DNA of 64,000 nucleotides, taken from the human T2T-CHM13v2.0 reference genome, Homo sapiens. Under the pieces are notes generated by a model. It saw only the letters and a list, made by a program, of their open reading frames with translations, was not told where the DNA came from and ran no database searches. The stretch lies in assembly GCF_009914755.1 (NCBI RefSeq), contig NC_060936.1; one strand, written 5' to 3'. Below are positions 48,942-64,000 of the stretch, one piece after another. The position numbers and the translations under genes were made by a program. Numbering within the stretch: position 1 is the stretch's first letter; every line of letters starts with the position of its first letter.

Positions 48942-49287
48942 GGCCAGGTGTGGTAGCTCACGCCTGTAATCCCAGCAATTTGAGAGGCCAAGATGGGAGA
49001 TAGCTTGAGGCCAGGAGTTCGAGACCAGTCTAGGCAACATAGTGAGATCCCCATCTCTGCAAAACAACAACAAAAAAAAAATTAGAAAAAATTACCTGGG
49101 CGTGATGATGTGCACCTGTAGTCCCAGCTACTTGGGAGGCTGAGGCAGGAAGATTACTTGTGCCCAGGTTCAAGTGAGGCTTCAGTGAGCTACGATTGTG
49201 CCACTGCACTCCAGCCTGGGAAACAGAGCAAGACCCTGTCTCTGAAATAAATAAATAAATAAATAAATAAACAAATAAATAAATAAA
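48942..49287 (+). mobile_element. AluJ with (TAAA)n tail
   Basis: TSD AAATTGGAGGC. Confidence 0.93.
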
Positions 49288-50214
49288 TTGGAGGCCATTT
49301 GTTGAAGATTAAATTATGTAGAGAACTTCGGAATCAGGGGAATCTAGGTTCCAATCTCATTTGTCGTGACTAGCTGTGTGGACATAGAGATGTCACATAA
49401 CTTCTCCAAACCCACATTGTCATCTGCAAAATAGGGATTAAGCCCAACAAAAGGGGTGATATTGACAGGATGACATGGCCAAAGGACTCAGAACATAGTT
49501 GGCCCAAGGTAAAATGGAAGTTTCTGGTAGATCCTCACTATGGCTAAAGCATGGGAACATGGTATGATTTCTGAGGATATGATGATGATAGCAGTAAATT
49601 GATTGAAAACAGACAGAGCTGTGTGTTCTCAGGTGGCTCTCCTGCACCTCATTTTTGATAGGCACAAAGGAAATGTAATGGGTCAGAATGGGAGCCTGTG
49701 GCCCTCAAAGGCAGACTCTGTACTCCCCATCTCTGAGTCTCTGTTACTCAGCACACCTAATCATAAAACCTGAATTAACCAATTGTCGAACAATTGTGTT
49801 AAGATTGGAGAATTGCAGTTCCTGAGCAACAACATAGGATTCCAGTTTAGTGAATCTGGCGTGCAAATCCTGGAAGACATACAGTGAGAAAACTGAGTCT
49901 ATGTATTCCTGATAATAAAAATAGCTAAGTGATGGAATGCTTGCTAGATACATGTCACGTATGAAAACAAGGAGTTCAGAGAGGTTAAGTAACTAACTCA
50001 AGGACACACAGCTAGAAAGCTGCAAAGCTGGGTTTTGAATGCACCAGAATTTATACACTCTCAGTCAGTGTTCTCAATCTTTTCATTACTGCACTTCCTG
50101 AGGATTCTTTCTACATGCTCCTAATGTCCCAATCCCATGAAATTGTAATATGACAGACACACTGCGTATGTCTCTGTGCTTGATATATATTTGTGCTTTA
50201 CACATAAACAGTTA

Positions 50215-50538
<324 letters not shown>

Positions 50539-51694
50539 TTAATACCAGCCTTCTATGAGTTCTGAGCCTGTCCCTTAGCTGCAATAGCTTGTGTCTTGGG
50601 ATTATCAAGGCAGAGTGGAGGAGCACCTTAGAAAACAGAGATGATGTTTTTGATCCCTTTTTAAAAAGTAAACAGTGTGGATTCTTCTCGATTTTCTGTC
50701 AAAGCCTTCAGCCCTCACCCCTCAGGAGCCCGGAGCTGGAGTGTGCTAGCCCTCTCTTCCCACTTGCCCTTAATTAATCCCTGAAGACTCAGGGGTCCGT
50801 CTCAAGTGGTCTTCAAGAGCCTACTCTGGGGCCTGACAGGGGGCCCACTTGAGTCTCCCCGTCAGGGACAATGGCACTGCATTCTTACCCCGTTTCCGCC
50901 CGCCAGGGCTCCCTTCTGACCCTCGGAAAAGGGAAGGACAACAAGGCCCTTATTGGAGGGCCCTGACATTGCAATGCCTGCTTTTGTCGTCTCCCTGGAG
51001 TCAGCAGGATCTGCCCCCAAGCCCCCATTCTCGGGCACTTCCTTCCCACTCCCATGGACTGATGTCAGTTCCAGAAAGAGTGGATTGTTCTCCCCAGCCA
51101 CCCGGCCGTGGAGCGCAGGGTCCAAGCCTGGGAGAAAGAGGGTGCGGAATCATCCAGCACCCTGGAGACAGAAAACTCATTAAACCTCCTGCCAAGGACG
51201 CCCCCCATCTGTGGGCGCCGATCCTGCCATTCAACAAGAAAGTGGGTCCTGGCATTTCTGACGGGGTGGGGGACATGGGTTGTCCCTTCTGAGCTCGTAA
51301 AATGAATCCTGCCACAGAAAGGAAATGGAGCTTGGGCGTGTTTTGAAGTCCAGAGGAAAGGCAGATGATGGTTATGGGGTCCCTGACTATAAATGTGTGC
51401 CTTCTACTTTTTTTTCTCAACGGTCTCATGGCTTTCAGCCAACTAAACACTAATTCAAGGATTTGGTGCCAAGCATGAGGACTCTTCTAGAAAAAGAGGC
51501 TAACTGAAGGGGGCATGATATGGTCTTGAATTTTATGGTGACATAGATGCCAAGAGCCTCGGGAGTTTCACTAGTCCAATGTGCCCATTTCACAGGGGTA
51601 AAAACAGAGGACCCAAGGAAAGAAAAGAACCCACCTGAAGCTCCTACAGCCCAACATGTAGAAGGTTCTGGGTGTGCATATATATATATATATG

Positions 51695-51980
51695 TTTTTA
51701 GGCAGAGTCTCACTCTGTTGCCCAGGCCGCAGTGTGGTGGCACGATCTCTGCTCACTGCAACCTCGACCTCCAGGCTCAAGAAATTCTACCACTTCAGCC
51801 TCCTGAGTAGCTGGGACTACAGGTGCCCACCACCATGCCCGGCTAATTTTTGTAGTTTTTAGTGGAGATGGGGTTTTGCCATGTTGGCCATGCTGGTCTC
51901 AAACTCCAGACTTCAAGTGCTCCACCCACCTTGGCCTCCCAAAGTGCTGGGATTACAGGCGTGAGCCACCGCGACCGACC
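51695..51980 (-). mobile_element. Alu with (TA)n-containing tail
   Basis: Antisense dimer. Confidence 0.92.
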
Positions 51981-52131
51981 AGATTCTGGCTTTTAAGGGA
52001 CAATGTTTTCTTCCACAACAACTCTTTCCTGGCCAAAACTTCTCATTACATTTCACATTTTCTATGAAGAACAAATAGAGCATTCTGTTCTATGGTGATA
52101 TACAGGGATGCAGAATAATGGTTCTATGATG

Positions 52132-52446
52132 TTTCTTTTCTTTTCTTTTCTTTTTTTTTTTGAGACAGGGTCTCACTCTGTCACTTAGGCTGGAGTGCAG
52201 TGGTGTGGTCACAGGTCACTGAAATCTCTGCCTTCTGGGCTCAAGCAATCCTCCCACCTCAGCCTCCCCAATAGTTGAGACTACAGGCGCACATCACTGT
52301 GCACAGCTAATTTTTTAAGAATTTTTTGTAGAGACAGGGTCTTGCTATGTTACCCAGGGTAGTCTCAACCTCCTGGACTCAAGTGATCCACCCACCTCTG
52401 CCTCCCGAAGTGCTTGGATTACAGGCATAAGCTACCACGTCTGGCC
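52132..52446 (-). mobile_element. AluJ
   Basis: Antisense dimer. Confidence 0.92.
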
Positions 52447-52585
52447 TGGTTCTGGAACTTTAATCCACCTATTAACCATGTGAGTTTGGACCATCAATCT
52501 AGCTCTTCAAATTTTCTCTCTTCCCACTGAGGAAAGAGGATCACCTACTTCATAGGGTCATTGGGAAGATTAAGAATGATATTGC

Positions 52586-52902
<317 letters not shown>

Positions 52903-52989
52903 TTATCAATCTACAAGGAACCCTACAACTGCCAAGGCAGTTTCTTGAGTCTCCTGACCAAGGCGTCGTCTTTAGAAAACCCTAATGGG

Positions 52990-53315
<326 letters not shown>

Positions 53316-53429
53316 CCCTAACGGGGAGGTAGAATCTGTTTGGCAAGTTAAATGAATGAAGTTGAAGTTGTCCAATAACCACACCCTCAGAGCAGGGAGT
53401 TGGATAGATGATTTTTTTTAAAGTGCCAC

Positions 53430-53639
53430 ACAGCCTGGGCAACATGGTGAAACCCCGTCTCTACAAAAACTACAAAAATTAGCTGAGCATAGCAGAACAT
53501 GCCTGTAGTCCCAGCTACTTGGAGTCTGAGGTGTGAGGACCACTTGAGCCTGGGAGGTCGAGGCTGCAGTAAGCTGAGATTGTGCCACTGTACTCCAGCC
53601 TGGGTGACAGAGTGAAACCCTCTCCAAAAAAAAAAAAAA
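53430..53639 (+). mobile_element. Alu, 5'-truncated
   Basis: Starts at CAGCCTGGGCAAC. Confidence 0.9.
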
Positions 53640-53724
53640 GTTACAGCTTCTGGATGTAACAGCTGTGGTCATCATCTTCACCTTGACGATACCCCCTAAG
53701 TCCAAGCATAGGAGTTTTTGAGAA

Positions 53725-53872
53725 GTGTATTTCAATATAATAGGTCTTCTTTGAAATCTTATGCATTTTATTTTATTCATCTTAAAACATTAATCTGAGA
53801 AAGAGTCCATAGGTTTTACGAATCTCTAAACAGGCTGATGGCTCAAAAAAAAAAAAAAAAGGTGAAGGACTT
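53725..53872 (+). mobile_element. hAT-Charlie MITE (Charlie4z-like)
   Basis: TGTATTTCAATATAATAGG..AAAACATTAATCTGAGAAAGAGTCCATAGG. Confidence 0.55.
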
Positions 53873-54173
53873 CCAAAGTGTTCAATTAACATTCCTTCCC
53901 TTAAGCAGAAACTGAATAGGCAATGAGTTCCATGGGTGTAGGGTCTGATCCTCACTGCGCCCATCGGTAACAGTGCAAGGCATATGATAGATGCTCAATA
54001 AATACTTACTAAATAAATACTGGAACTTCATCCCGCCGTGTTCTAGCTATGGTGATGTCATATACTTGACTGCAGCCAAATTCCCCGTCTCCATCTTGTG
54101 CCATGGGAACGGTTGTTTTCTCAGGTTTATTCTTTCATGGATCTGCTTTCCTCTGGTAGATGAAGCCTGTTGC

Positions 54174-55028
<855 letters not shown>

Positions 55029-55319
55029 AGAAATCATCAATGATAGAGGAATTGCAGATGGGGCATGGGGGAGAAAGGATAATGGATTCAGGTTGAATAT
55101 ACTGTCTTTGAGTTATCATTGAAATGTCTAGGTAGAGACACTTAGTTCTTTCTCTTGTTCCTGGAACTCAAGAGAAAGATCTGTCCAGACAGAGACTGAT
55201 TTTGAAGCCAATATATTATTAGGTAATGAAATAAGGAGACCAAGAAGAGAGAGGAACTGAAGATGTAAATCCAGAATTAAAGCATGAATTAAAGAATGGG
55301 CAAAAAGAAAGAACATGTT

Positions 55320-55645
<326 letters not shown>

Positions 55646-56078
55646 TTACCTGTGCATTGGGTAGGAAGATGGCCAGAGATGTAGGGAGATAATTAGAATT
55701 AGAGGACCATGGAGTCATGAGAGCTGAGGAAAGAAAGCAGTTTCAAGACACATGGTCCACAGAGTTGATGGAGGCCAAGAGAATCATGCAAGATAAGGCC
55801 ATGTGAACAGTTTCAACAGAGTGTGGCGTACAACAGCAGTGGATGGAGTGCAGCGAGGTTTATCTCTAGCCCTCCACAATCTCCTTCCTGGAATATACTT
55901 GATTTAATCTTGCAGCAGTGACTTTTTAACTTTTCAGGAGAGGGGCATAGTTATCCACGTACTTTGACAAGTTGAAGAAAACTATGAATCATCTACCCAG
56001 AAAAATGCACATCTATACAGTGTCAGAAAACTAACATTTCAGAGGACTGTGGACCCACTAAAGCTGGAGTCCAGATAG

Positions 56079-56429
<351 letters not shown>

Positions 56430-56590
56430 TTTCTCACTCTTTTCAAAGCCTTTTTTAACTCAAAAAGTGGAAAATATTTGTTTTCTTTTTTCACCCCTAG
56501 GAACAACTAATGAGATTGTGAATAGCTTGTAGGAACTGCCAACATCTCCAAATGGTGTGGATGTTCTTTGGAATCACTTGGGAAACTTTA

Positions 56591-57110
<520 letters not shown>

Positions 57111-57779
57111 GTTCCCAATGGAAGGTTGCCATGGACACGCAAGGATTGGTGAGAGCACACCTGTTTGATTTTTAGCATCACTACATATGTTTTGATTCAC
57201 ACTCAACATTTTTGTGCTCCTTTTGGCTTGCCGGGTTGCCCTTGTGTTTATGGAACATGGAGTTCTCTGGCCTTGAAATGGCTTTGAGTCCTGACATCAG
57301 AACTTAACCCTTCTACGCCTCCGCTTCCTTATCTGGGCCCATGAGTAAGCCTGCCAGCCCCCTGCTGCCCTGACTGGCGTGAGCAACAGCAATAAATAAA
57401 TAAGAACAGAGACAAGAAGCTTATGTACTTTGGAGCTCCTGGTTCTATTTGATGTCATTGGACACCAGTTTGCTTTTCTTTAAAGCCTGTTTCTTTTGAA
57501 CTGGGCTGCCGCAGTCTATAAAATTTTAACGCATGGATTTCCCATTGTTCGGGTGTCTGTGGGGCACCAGCCTTCCTGTTTCACTGTGGTGTGCCGACCA
57601 GGAAAGAAGCTGGCTGGCTGGGAGGTCTGGGGGTAGTTACCTTGTTTCTGGATATGCATGTGATTGTGTTCACTTTAGCAGATGGGATCTCAGACCCCAC
57701 AAATAATCATAATAGCAGGCGTGCATCAAACTTACTGTCGGAGTCCCTGGGGGGCTCTGTGCGGGATCTGCCTTATCTC

Positions 57780-57935
57780 CCAACAACCCCATAAAGCAGG
57801 GATTATTATCAGCCCTGTTTTAAGAGGAGAGAAGTGAAGTCTCCAAGAAGCTTCAGCCCTTTCCAAGGTCACACAGTTCCTAAGCAAATGGGAGGCATGA
57901 GAGGGGAGGGGGACAGACATATCTGACTCTGAAAT
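57780..57935 (-). mobile_element. MIR
   Basis: ATTATTATCAGCCCTGTTTTAAGAGGAGA..TCCAAGGTCACACAG. Confidence 0.7.
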
Positions 57936-58104
57936 TCACTCTTTTTTTGTAAGAAATTATAGAAGACTTGTTTTTAGTTTCTTTTCCAAAACCCTGCTGT
58001 ATTTGCTCAATTTTATTTTTGAGCATGAGCACACACGCACACCATAGCTGCTTTGATATTACATGTTGGGAGTGTTTTCACAGAGCAGAATTGCTAGGGC
58101 GTCG

Positions 58105-58179
58105 AGTGTGCCTCCTGGATGGGGTTTTTAGTGTGCCTCCTGGATGGGGTTTTTAGTGTGCCTCCTGGATGGGGTTTTT
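58105..58179. repeat. Perfect 25-bp x3 tandem repeat
   Basis: AGTGTGCCTCCTGGATGGGGTTTTT at 58105, 58130 and 58155. Confidence 0.98.
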
Positions 58180-58689
58180 GTGGCAGCACAAAGGTGATTG
58201 ACCTCAAACACAAATTGGCTTGGCCCTCCAGAGTTCACCCAGTCTGCCTCTCTCTCCCTGTGGTTTTTGTTCCTGCCCTTTCTCCTTAGCTACCAGGCCT
58301 TGTTCAACCGGGGACAAAACAAACAGGGGCTGTCTGTGGAGAATTGGCCTCTTCAACAACACAATGGGGAGCAGGAGGGGAAACAATTACTCGATAACTC
58401 AGATGTGGATGTTAAAACACTCACAACACAACCCCCATGTTTACCTAAATTATCTGGGTAATTGCCTCCATTTTCAGCTTGGATTTGGCTTCTGTAAGTC
58501 CTGGGGCTTCACGATGATTAATACGGAGATTGTCATTTAGGCAGAAGCTGAGAGGACCAGGGCAATGGGGCATCCTGATGGAAGGCGATGCAGAGGGGGA
58601 GGCCCTGTGTTCTGTGATGAAGTCATGCACTGGAAGGGGAACCTGGGGCAAATAACTTACAGTCTCTGAGCCTCAGTTTCCCCAGCTAA

Positions 58690-59015
<326 letters not shown>

Positions 59016-59038
59016 TAATTTATTATTTTATTTTTTAG

Positions 59039-59151
59039 AAAGACTAGTCAAATACAGTAGTGAGAAAAGGAGAAGGAATAGAATAAGGAGTTCAGTCTGG
59101 AACTGATCTGTGAACAATCAATTGAGATAACTCACTAACTTCTGACCAGCC
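59039..59151 (-). pseudogene. Y1 RNA (RNY1-derived) retropseudogene, full length
   Basis: Reverse complement reads GGCTGGTCAGAAGTTAGTGAGTTATCTCAATTGATTGTTCACAG...CTCACTACTGTATTTGACTAGTCTTT, matching Y1 as I recall it with about a dozen differences; A-rich tail at ~59016-59036. Confidence 0.93.
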
Positions 59152-59847
59152 AAAGCTGTTATCTGCACTAGGAAAGGATGGAAGAAGAAAGGAAAGAGAA
59201 AAGAAAATTATTGTAGTCTCCTTTGTGTGCACTGAATTGCTACAAGCATTAGAAAGGAGTAAACATGACCTTATGTCTCCCCAGTCAGCCTAAAGGAAAG
59301 CAAATCACAAAACCCTCCATTCAGAGGAGCCTCTGCTTTTGTCTTTCATCTTTAGGCATTCTGGTTTTAGTTCACTGGAAGTGGAATCTGAAACAAGGCT
59401 GATTTCACCTTGAGCCTGCAGGACCCACCACCATTCAGCTTCCTTTGATTCCCACAGTCTGTTATTTTTAACCTTTGACTGACTCATTTTAAGATGAGAC
59501 ACCCTGCAACCAGCGTGTTCTCTCTAAGACCCTGCCCTGAGGAGGGGACATTTTGTGAATGAACAGGTTATTTTATTGAGGGCCCACTAAATGCTGGATG
59601 TCTTCCTGGGCTATAGCTCATTTTCATTTCAAAGTAACTTTTAAATTCTTATTATTAGCCTCATTAGCACCTTGGCAGCCTAGCCTTCAAGAGACTGGGC
59701 CCCTGGTCTACGTGTTTTTGTTTTTCTTTTTGTCTTTTTGGTTCTCTCTCATTGCAACAGTAAACTGGCCCAGGACTTTTTTGTGTGGTTTGTAACACGG
59801 TTTTCTATTTTGATAAATGGTTGTAGTAGCCATCCCTTCCTTTAGAC

Positions 59848-60298
59848 CAGGAGTCGGCAAGATTTTTCTGCAAAAGAAGATAATAAATATGTCCAATTTG
59901 GAGGGTCATACGGTCCCTGCTGAAACAGGACAATATGTAAATGAATGGGCATGGCTGGGTTCCAATAAATCTTTATTTATGATCACTGAAATTTGCATAT
60001 CATGTAATTTTCATGTCATCAAGTATTGTTCTTTTTTTCTTTTACCATCTAAAAAAGTATGGCTGAGTGCAGTGGCTCGTGTCTGCCATCCCAACACTTT
60101 GGGAGGCAGAAGCAAGAGGATCGCTTGAGGCCAGGAGTTGGAGACCAGCCTGGGCAACAAAGCGAGACCCCATCTCCATGTAAGAGATAATCAAACAAAT
60201 AAATCAACATTAAAAAGTAAAAGTCATTCTTATGTCAGTCCTCCTAAAAACAGGTGGCAGGCTGGGCTTGGGCTGCAGTCTGTATTTTGTTGATGCTG
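59848..60298 (+). mobile_element. MER58B (hAT-Charlie) interrupted by an Alu monomer
   Basis: CAGGAGTCGGCAA start, ATGAATGGGCATGGCTGGGTTCCAATAAA, AAAAACAGGTGGCAGGCTGG. Confidence 0.8.
60061..60200 (+). mobile_element. Alu left monomer (FLAM-like)
   Basis: Single arm. Confidence 0.88.
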
Positions 60299-60724
60299 TT
60301 GAAAGGACAGCAGAGAAAGGCTGGAGTGACAAGTGGAAAAGTCCCAAATGACCCAAATATTTCAAGTAGAGGAAATGCAGCTAAACAGACTTTGAGGTCA
60401 GCTTTGATCAGTTGCTCCTGATCTTGTAAGAAGCCCTCACTAATTGCCCATTATTTGCATGGTCTCCTGATAGCAGTTCAGTGAATAACACCCATCAGGT
60501 CCTTGCTGGTGGGTTGTTTACACTCCCCTAGGGGGTACATATACTAAATATCTCATTATGGAATTTGTTATCTAATTATAATTATTAACTGCTCAGTAGA
60601 AGAGGTGTTAGAGGCCCTGAAAACCTGTAACAGGGAGACCTAAAGCAGTGTGGGAGGCTAGGAAAGACTTTCTGGACAAAGTGATGCACGTGCTGAAATG
60701 AACCCGAAGAGAAGGTGGGGAACA

Positions 60725-61031
60725 GGCTGGGTGGCCCACGCCTGTAATCCCAGCACTCTGGGAGGCTGAGGTGGGCAGATTACTTGAGCCCAGGAATTTG
60801 AGACCAGCCTGGGCAACACAGTGAGACCCGGTCTCTACAAAAAACAAAAAAATTAGTCGGGCGTGGTGGTGTGTGCCTGTGGTCTCAGCTGCTTGGGAGG
60901 TTGAGGTAAGAGGATCACTTGAGCCCAGGAGGTCAAGGCTGCAGTGAGCCATGATGGTATCACTGCACTCCAGTGCCTGAGTGACAGAGTAAGACCCTGT
61001 GTCAAAAGAAAATAAATGAAAAAAAAAAAAA
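60725..61031 (+). mobile_element. AluJ
   Basis: Dimer. Confidence 0.92.
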
Positions 61032-61057
61032 TGGTGGGGAAGGAATTCAGGCTAAAG

Positions 61058-61285
61058 CAGTGATTCTCAACCAGGGGTGATTTGCCTCTTCTCCTCCGAC
61101 CCGGGACACTTGGCAATGCCTGGAGACATTTTCTATTGTCGCCAACTAGAGAAGAGGATGCTACTAGCAACTGCTGGGTAGAGGCCAGTGCTACTTCTAA
61201 ACATCCTACAGTGCGCAGGACAGCCCCCCACAACAGAGAATCACCCAGTTTGAAATGTCACCAGTGCCAAGGCTAAAAAACCTTG
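61058..61285 (+). mobile_element. MER20
   Basis: CAGTGATTCTCAACCAGGGGTGATTT..TTGGCAATGCCTGGAGACATTTT..CAGGACAGCCCCCCACAAC. Confidence 0.9.
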
Positions 61286-61369
61286 GGCTGAGGGAACAGC
61301 ATGTGCAAAGATGTTGAGTAGGAGAAAAGAAGTATGGTGACTTGGGCAGCATAGTTTGATTTTAAAGAA

Positions 61370-62395
<1,026 letters not shown>

Positions 62396-62657
62396 TCAGT
62401 CCTGTGTGGACCAATGGGTTTGAGGGGAGGCAGTCAGGAGTGGATTTGGGGAACCCCATAAGGCCAGGATTACCACTGGTGGGAAAGGCTGCCAGCAGCA
62501 GCTAGAATTGGCATAATCATCCTGGACCTCTCCCAGTAAGTGCGGGACCAGGAGAAGGCCTCATAAAAAAAGACAGCTAGTTGGAAGACCAACCTCATCT
62601 TACTCATCTTGGAGTATTTTTAACCCACACACTGAATCTCAACTCAATTAATATCAA

Positions 62658-62968
62658 GGCCAGGCACAGTGGCTTATGCCTGTAATCCCAGCACTTTAGG
62701 AGGCCTAGGCAGATGGATCACTTGAGGTCAGGAGTTCGAGACCAGCCTGGCCAACATGGTGAGACCCCCATCTCTACTGAAAATACAAAAATAAGCCAGG
62801 TGTGGTGGTGCATGCCTGTAATCCCAGTTACTCAGGAGGCTGAGACAGAATCACTTGTACCCAGGAGGTGGAGGTTGCAGTGAGACGAGATCATGCCACT
62901 GTACTCCAACCTGGATGACAGAGCAAGATTCAGTCTCAGAAAATAAATAAATAAATAAATAAATAAAT
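62658..62968 (+). mobile_element. Alu (AluS)
   Basis: Dimer with (TAAA)n tail. Confidence 0.95.
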
Positions 62969-63068
62969 GTCAGTTGAATTAAATAGATGGAGATTGGTGA
63001 AATTGGAAATTGGCATAGGAGATGAAGAAATTTTCTAGAACGCTCAAGAGGGAAAAAATGCTAAGTAA

Positions 63069-63452
<384 letters not shown>

Positions 63453-63499
63453 CTATTGACAGAGCAGGTGCTTTGCAAGGATATTTGTCCCTTGCTCTT

Positions 63500-63650
63500 T
63501 ACAGCACATCTGCCTGTAAGGATGTGGGTATCATTATTCCACTTTTATTTTATGAGGAATTAAGACCCAGAAAAGTTAAGCCACCTGGCCAAAGGACACT
63601 CAAAAAGTAGGTGGCAAAGCCAGGACTCCAGTCCCATTTTTCTGCCTCCA
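63500..63650 (-). mobile_element. MIR
   Basis: TATGAGGAATTAAGACCCAGAAAAGTTAAG..GTGGCAAAGCCAGGACTC. Confidence 0.7.
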
Positions 63651-63844
63651 AATTCTAGTTATTTGCCTTGCCACCATTCTCTCTATCTCTTAGTTTCCAG
63701 GAAATGGCCATGGGGTTTGCTTCACTGGAATGCAATTCCATGAGAACAGAGACCATGTCCCAGTGATGATTAATTGCTGAATAAATGAATGATAACGTAA
63801 ATGAGTATGTGACTCAGCCTTCCAGAAGTATTGGAAAAGCCCCA

Positions 63845-63877
63845 TGCACTTTCCTATGGCACCAGCAGATGGCGGCA
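63845..63877 (+). promoter_or_regulatory. Candidate CTCF site with upstream module
   Basis: Core GCACCAGCAGATGGCGGCA (63859-63877); TGCACT at 63845 at the canonical spacing. Confidence 0.7.
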
Positions 63878-64000
63878 AAAGAGCAGCTTAGCAAAGGCAG
63901 AGGCAAACACTTGGCGTTTCTTTCATTTATGTATCCTCTCTTCCTTGATCTTTGCAAAACAGGTAGCTTGCATTTCCCCCATCCTCCACCTTCACTACTC

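Noticed and set aside
50849-51450. 147- and 149-aa overlapping ORFs in unique GC-rich DNA
   Set aside because: Non-ATG starts, no recognisable domain, and open frames on both strands as expected from GC content.
58105-58179. CRISPR-like repeat
   Set aside because: The copies are contiguous with no spacers, the context is eukaryotic, and there are no cas genes.
59039-59151. Functional Y1 RNA gene
   Set aside because: About a dozen differences from Y1, a poly-A-derived tail, and no evident upstream PSE/TATA promoter indicate a retropseudogene.

Overview
This is primate (human or great-ape-like) non-coding DNA, intergenic or deep intronic. I found no credible protein-coding exon: the longer ORFs in the track come from Alu, MaLR-internal, L1 or microsatellite sequence, and the rest encode nothing I recognise. 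About 70 Alu elements or fragments cover roughly 30% of the window. Other repeats are a full-length THE1D-like MaLR provirus inside a four-layer nest (LTR16 > THE1 > ERV1 LTR > Alu), solo THE1, MLT2A1, MLT1H and MLT1K LTRs, L1PA/L1MB/L1MC/L1ME and L2 fragments, MIRs, MER20, MER58B and other hAT MITEs, a Y1 RNA retropseudogene and many micro/minisatellites. Two strong CTCF motifs in the same orientation lie in unique sequence. I cannot support a new biological system here. The most notable signals are mutational or structural: four short fold-back (template-switch-like) palindromes within 6.5 kb, two cases of the same retrotransposon target site being used twice, a self-complementary 24-bp AT-only array, a Y RNA-Alu unit sharing one flanking repeat, and an MLT2A1 whose DUX4-like site has become a P3/TAATCC site. 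Repeat family names are from my memory of consensus sequences, not a database search. Boundaries without a quoted TSD are approximate (about +/-10-30 bp).
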